This document shows positions 59,564-64,000 of a DNA stretch of 64,000 nt, piece by piece. The notes under the pieces were generated by a model that searched no databases, had not been told where the DNA came from, and was given only the letters and a program-made list of their open reading frames with translations. The DNA lies in the NCBI GenBank assembly GCA_017456145.1, contig JAFTJZ010000091.1:18519-82518 (forward strand), read 5' to 3'. The position numbers and the translations under genes were made by a program. The stretch comes from Clostridia bacterium. Its GTDB lineage: Bacteria > Bacillota > Clostridia > Oscillospirales > CAG-272. Numbering within the stretch: the stretch's first letter is position 1; every line of letters starts with the position of its first letter.

Positions 59564-62185
59564 ATGGCAAAGAAGTATTGCTATCTGTTCAAAGAAGGTA
59601 ACGCCAATATGCGTGAACTTCTCGGCGGTAAGGGCGCAAACCTGGCTGAGATGACCAACATCGGTCTTCCCGTTCCCCAGGGTTTCACCATCACCACCGA
59701 AGCCTGCACCCAGTACTATGAGGACGGTCGTCAGATCAACCCTGACATCATGGCTGAAATCAATGAGTACATCGTAAAGATGGAAGAGATCACCGGTAAG
59801 AAGTTCGGTGACCACGAGAACCCCTTGCTGGTTTCCGTTCGTTCCGGCGCACGTGCATCCATGCCCGGTATGATGGATACCATCCTGAACCTCGGTCTGA
59901 ACGAGGAAGTTGTTGAAGTTATGGCTGAAAAGTCCGGCAATGCACGTTGGGCTTACGACTGCTATCGCCGTTTCATCCAGATGTACTCCGACGTCGTCAT
60001 GGAGGTCGGTAAGAAGTACTTCGAGGAGCTCATCGATAAGATGAAGGAAGAAAAGGGCGTCAAGCTCGACGTCGAGCTGACCGCTGACGATCTCAAGGAG
60101 CTGGCTTGCCAGTTCAAGGCTGAGTACAAGGCTAAGATCGGTACGGACTTCCCCTCCGATCCCAAGGAGCAGCTCATGGGCGCTGTCAAGGCAGTGTTCC
60201 GCTCTTGGGACAACCCCCGTGCAAACGTTTACCGCCGCGACAACGACATTCCCTACTCTTGGGGTACTGCCGTAAACGTCCAGGCTATGGCATTCGGTAA
60301 CATGGGTGACGATTGCGGTACCGGCGTTGCATTTACCCGCGACCCCGCTACCGGTGAGAAGAAGCTCATGGGTGAGTTCTTGACCAACGCACAGGGTGAG
60401 GACGTCGTTGCCGGCGTTCGTACGCCTATGCCCATCGCACAGATGGCTGAGAAGTTCCCCGAGGCATACAAGCAGTTCGTTGAGGTTTGCCAGATCTTGG
60501 AGAACCACTATCACGATATGCAGGATATGGAGTTCACCGTTGAGCACGGCAAGCTCTATATGCTCCAGACCCGTAACGGTAAGAGAACCGCTCCCGCAGC
60601 TCTGCAGATCGCTGTTGATCTGGTTGCAGAGGGTCATAAGACCGAGCAGGAGGCAGTGCTCATGATCGATCCCAGAAACCTGGATACGCTGCTCCATCCC
60701 CAGTTTGACGCAAAGGCTCTGAAGGCTGCTACTCCCATGGGTCGCGGTCTGGGCGCATCTCCCGGTGCTGCTTGCGGTCAGGTCGTCTTCTCCGCCGAGG
60801 ACGCCGAGGCTTGGAACGCAGCCGGCAAGAAGGTCGTTCTGGTTCGCCTTGAGACCTCTCCCGAGGACATCACCGGTATGAAGGCCGCTCAGGGTATTTT
60901 GACCGTTCGCGGTGGTATGACCTCTCACGCAGCCGTCGTTGCCCGCGGTATGGGTAAGTGCTGCGTTTCCGGTTGCGGCGACATCGCTATGGACGAGGAG
61001 AACAAGAAGTTCACGCTCGCAGGCAAGACCTACGTTGAGGGTGACTATATCTCCATCGACGGTTCCACCGGTAACATCTACGACGGTATCATCAAGACCG
61101 TTGACGCCGAAATCTCCGGCAACTTCGGCACCATCATGGGCTGGGCAGACAAGTTCCGCAAGCTCAAGGTCCGCACCAATGCCGACACGCCTGCTGACGC
61201 AAAGAAGGCTCGCGAGCTGGGCGCTGAGGGTATCGGTCTGTGCCGTACCGAGCATATGTTCTTCGAGGCAGAGAGAATCGCTGCATTCCGCGAGATGATC
61301 TGCGCAGACACCGCCGCTGAGCGTGAGGCTGCTCTGGAGAAGATCCTGCCTTACCAGCAGGGTGACTTTGAGAAGCTGTATGAGGCTCTTGAGGGTACGC
61401 CCGTTTGCATCCGTTTCCTGGATCCCCCTCTGCACGAGTTCGTTCCCACCACGGAGGAGGATATCGCCGCTCTGGCACAGGCACAGGGCAAGTCCGTTGA
61501 GGATATCAAGACCATCATCGCATCTCTGCATGAGTTCAACCCCATGATGGGTCACCGTGGCTGCCGTCTGGCTGTCACCTACCCCGAGATCGCCGCTATG
61601 CAGACCAAGGCTGTCATCCGCGCTGCCATCAACGTCCAGAAGGCTCATCCCGATTGGAAGATGGTTCCCGAGATCATGATTCCTCTGGTTGGCGACGTCA
61701 AGGAGCTGAAGTACGTCAAGGCTGTCGTGGTTGCTACCGCTGACGCCGAGATCGCTGCTGCAGGTGTTGAGCTTGACTACGAGGTCGGTACCATGATCGA
61801 GATTCCTCGTGCCTGCCTGACCGCTGACGAGATCGCAAAGAACGCTGACTTCTTCTGCTTTGGTACCAACGACCTGACGCAGATGACCTTCGGTTTCTCC
61901 CGCGATGACGCAGGTAAGTTCCTCTCCGCTTACTACGACACCAAGATCTTCGAGAACGATCCCTTCGCAAAGCTCGACAAGACCGGTGTTGGTAAGCTGA
62001 TGGGCTTGGCTTGCAAGGATGGTCGCGCCAACAACGCAAAGCTGCACATCGGTATCTGCGGTGAGCACGGTGGTGACCCCACATCCGTCGAGTTCTGCCA
62101 CGCTCTGGGTCTGGACTATGTGTCCTGCTCTCCTTTCCGTGTGCCGATCGCAAGACTGGCTGCTGCACAGGCTGCTCTGAAGTAA
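59564..62185 (+). CDS. ppdK: Pyruvate, phosphate dikinase
   Basis: GGKGANLAEM, SVRSG, GGMTSHAAVVAR, LCRTEHMF, GTNDLTQ, CGEHGGD. Confidence 0.98.
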   Translation: MAKKYCYLFKEGNANMRELLGGKGANLAEMTNIGLPVPQGFTITTEACTQYYEDGRQINPDIMAEINEYIVKMEEITGKKFGDHENPLLVSVRSGARASMPGMMDTILNLGLNEEVVEVMAEKSGNARWAYDCYRRFIQMYSDVVMEVGKKYFEELIDKMKEEKGVKLDVELTADDLKELACQFKAEYKAKIGTDFPSDPKEQLMGAVKAVFRSWDNPRANVYRRDNDIPYSWGTAVNVQAMAFGNMGDDCGTGVAFTRDPATGEKKLMGEFLTNAQGEDVVAGVRTPMPIAQMAEKFPEAYKQFVEVCQILENHYHDMQDMEFTVEHGKLYMLQTRNGKRTAPAALQIAVDLVAEGHKTEQEAVLMIDPRNLDTLLHPQFDAKALKAATPMGRGLGASPGAACGQVVFSAEDAEAWNAAGKKVVLVRLETSPEDITGMKAAQGILTVRGGMTSHAAVVARGMGKCCVSGCGDIAMDEENKKFTLAGKTYVEGDYISIDGSTGNIYDGIIKTVDAEISGNFGTIMGWADKFRKLKVRTNADTPADAKKARELGAEGIGLCRTEHMFFEAERIAAFREMICADTAAEREAALEKILPYQQGDFEKLYEALEGTPVCIRFLDPPLHEFVPTTEEDIAALAQAQGKSVEDIKTIIASLHEFNPMMGHRGCRLAVTYPEIAAMQTKAVIRAAINVQKAHPDWKMVPEIMIPLVGDVKELKYVKAVVVATADAEIAAAGVELDYEVGTMIEIPRACLTADEIAKNADFFCFGTNDLTQMTFGFSRDDAGKFLSAYYDTKIFENDPFAKLDKTGVGKLMGLACKDGRANNAKLHIGICGEHGGDPTSVEFCHALGLDYVSCSPFRVPIARLAAAQAALK

Positions 62186-62213
62186 TTTTCGGATCAACCT
62201 TGCTATATACACT

Positions 62214-62251
62214 CGCCCCGAGAGAGGATTTCCTCTCCCGGGGCGTTTTTT
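62214..62251 (+). terminator. Intrinsic terminator of ppdK
   Basis: CGCCCCG-AGAGAGG..CCTCTC-CCGGGGCG-TTTTTT. Confidence 0.8.
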
Positions 62252-62391
62252 CTGCTTGGTGGCAGCAAAGGGATCGGCTGCACGAAATGAAGTTTAAGAT
62301 TTCCTTAACAATTCCCCTCATGTGTTTACAAAGAGCAGAATTTGTGCTATACTGCTATAAGTAATTAACAAAGTAAAGCGGAGGTGAGAAT

Positions 62392-62793
62392 ATGAAGATC
62401 AATGGCACAAAAATACGCGCTTGGCTGCGCAAGCTGCTGCAGTTTGTCTTCAACCCCCGTTTTCTGCTTTGCTTTGGTATCGCATGGATGATCACTAACG
62501 GTTGGTCCTATATCCTGCTCGGACTCGGAACGTATTTTGAAATCGCTTGGATGGCCGGTATCGCAGGGGCTTATGTGGCGTTTCTCTGGCTGCCCATTTC
62601 CCCTGAGAAGATCGTCACCGTCTCCATCGCCATGGTGTTGCTCAAATTCATGTTCCCCAAGGACGAAAAAACGCTGGGTGTGCTTGAGGATCTTTACGCT
62701 GACATCAAAATCCGCCACGCAGAGAAAAAGGAGCGCCGTCGCGCCCGCAAAGCCCAAAAGTGCCCCTCGGATCAGCAAAATAAAGAGAGCTGA
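62392..62793 (+). CDS. Hypothetical membrane protein
   Basis: GGAGGTG RBS; several TM segments, basic tail. Confidence 0.75.
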   Translation: MKINGTKIRAWLRKLLQFVFNPRFLLCFGIAWMITNGWSYILLGLGTYFEIAWMAGIAGAYVAFLWLPISPEKIVTVSIAMVLLKFMFPKDEKTLGVLEDLYADIKIRHAEKKERRRARKAQKCPSDQQNKES

Positions 62794-62873
62794 TAACACC
62801 TTCGATCAAAAACCACGCGAAAGTCTTTTGCCGATGCAAGCGACTGTCGCGTGGATTTTATGTTTTATACAGT

Positions 62874-63998
62874 TTATTCGGTCACAACACGCAACGCGGG
62901 AACGTCGGGGAACAGCCCACCGCCTATAGCGCCCCGGCGGAAGTCGACCGAGACATTTTTCAGTGTGACCGTCAGCGGAACCTTTTCGCTCGGGCGGATA
63001 TCGGCAGGGTGCGCCAAATTGGTGATCTTGACGTTCTCCAGCGTCAGATCCCCAAGGTACGCGCCGCTCTCCAGCGAACCGAAATCGGCGTAGTAATGCA
63101 GCAGACAATCGGCATAATCGATGGTACAATTACGGAAAACGAAATTGCCGTACGGCTGCTCTGCCGGGAAGGGCTTACTGGCAAAATGGCAGATGACGCT
63201 GATCAGATTGTGCCGTCCGGCCTCGCGCGGGAGCACATCATTCTTACCGCGCACCACGGTCATGCGGTGCGGATAATATCCGGGGCCGTACATACGGCAA
63301 TTCTCTACCAGAATATCGTTGCCGCCGATACGGAAGACCTGACAGGAGGTATTCATCTCGCAGTCGCGCACGACCAGATCCTTGACGTTGATGCCAGCGA
63401 TGCAATCGTCGCCCGTGATAAAGCGGCAACGGGTCAAGCGGGTATGGACGCAATGGTGCAGGTGGATGCCGTCATGTCCCGCAAGACAGGTAACGTCTTC
63501 CATGGTAACGCTTTGGCAGTTGTCCAGTTGATGCATGAAATTGCCGTTGTTGGCAATGGTGTAACCACGCATGGTGACGTTCTCACAGTTGGTGATAAAC
63601 AGCCCGTGGGGACCGCGGAACCCTTCCTCGCCGTTCGGGTCGTAGCAATCGCGCCCGTCGATCAAGGAGCCTTCCTCTCCGATGATGCTGATATTTTTTT
63701 CTCCGTACGCAGAGATCATGGCACGGCGATATTCCGCCCACGGCTCTTGATTATAATAATCCACGATCAGCTCCATATCGGTGCGCAGCTGCACCCCCTC
63801 GGGAACCTCGAACACCTCATAATCGCCGCACTCCTCGCTGCCGAGCAGCTTGGCACCGGCGCACAGATACAAAGTGGTATCCGACCACATTCTCAAGCTC
63901 GATACCACAAAGCTGCCCGCGGGCACAACGACCGTACCGCCACCCTCGCGACACATATCCAGAACCCTCTGCACCGCCGCAGTCTGTAATGCATCGCT
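62874..63998 (-). CDS. Glycoside hydrolase family 28-like beta-helix protein (5' end outside the window)
   Basis: QTAAVQRVLD..GGGTVVVPAG, HDGIH, TGDDCIA; frame open to the window edge. Confidence 0.8.
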   Translation of the reverse strand, partial: SDALQTAAVQRVLDMCREGGGTVVVPAGSFVVSSLRMWSDTTLYLCAGAKLLGSEECGDYEVFEVPEGVQLRTDMELIVDYYNQEPWAEYRRAMISAYGEKNISIIGEEGSLIDGRDCYDPNGEEGFRGPHGLFITNCENVTMRGYTIANNGNFMHQLDNCQSVTMEDVTCLAGHDGIHLHHCVHTRLTRCRFITGDDCIAGINVKDLVVRDCEMNTSCQVFRIGGNDILVENCRMYGPGYYPHRMTVVRGKNDVLPREAGRHNLISVICHFASKPFPAEQPYGNFVFRNCTIDYADCLLHYYADFGSLESGAYLGDLTLENVKITNLAHPADIRPSEKVPLTVTLKNVSVDFRRGAIGGGLFPDVPALRVVTE

Positions 63999-64000
63999 GT

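Overview
Chromosomal window from a moderately GC-rich, probably spore-forming Clostridia (Oscillospirales-like) bacterium; taxonomy is inferred from gene content and sigma-A promoter style. Bases 1-13.8 kb are a surface-polysaccharide region. It has a leftward operon (aminotransferase, sugar-P transferase, two ATP-grasp enzymes, an ornithine-cyclodeaminase-family protein, a glycosyltransferase), an HA-repeat helicase, and a rightward operon (HTH-fused galacturonokinase-like kinase, nucleotidyltransferase, uronate epimerase, Ugd). The divergent intergenic region carries a consensus promoter bracketed by perfect 25-bp inverted repeats, a candidate invertible switch. At 15.2-16.9 kb a large serine recombinase ends in 12 residues that look like the C-terminus of an alpha/beta small acid-soluble spore protein. 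This suggests an att junction splitting an ssp gene; the other half is not in the window. The remainder is mostly housekeeping (T-box-tyrS, hslO, mutY, asnA, pgsA, rimO, typA, serAC, trpS, alaS, mfd, pth, ppdK). Intergenic spaces contain a family of REP/REPIN-like palindromic doublets. Two of these carry a small, structurally conserved insert at the same GAAC^TT site. All calls come from reading motifs by eye; no searches were run.
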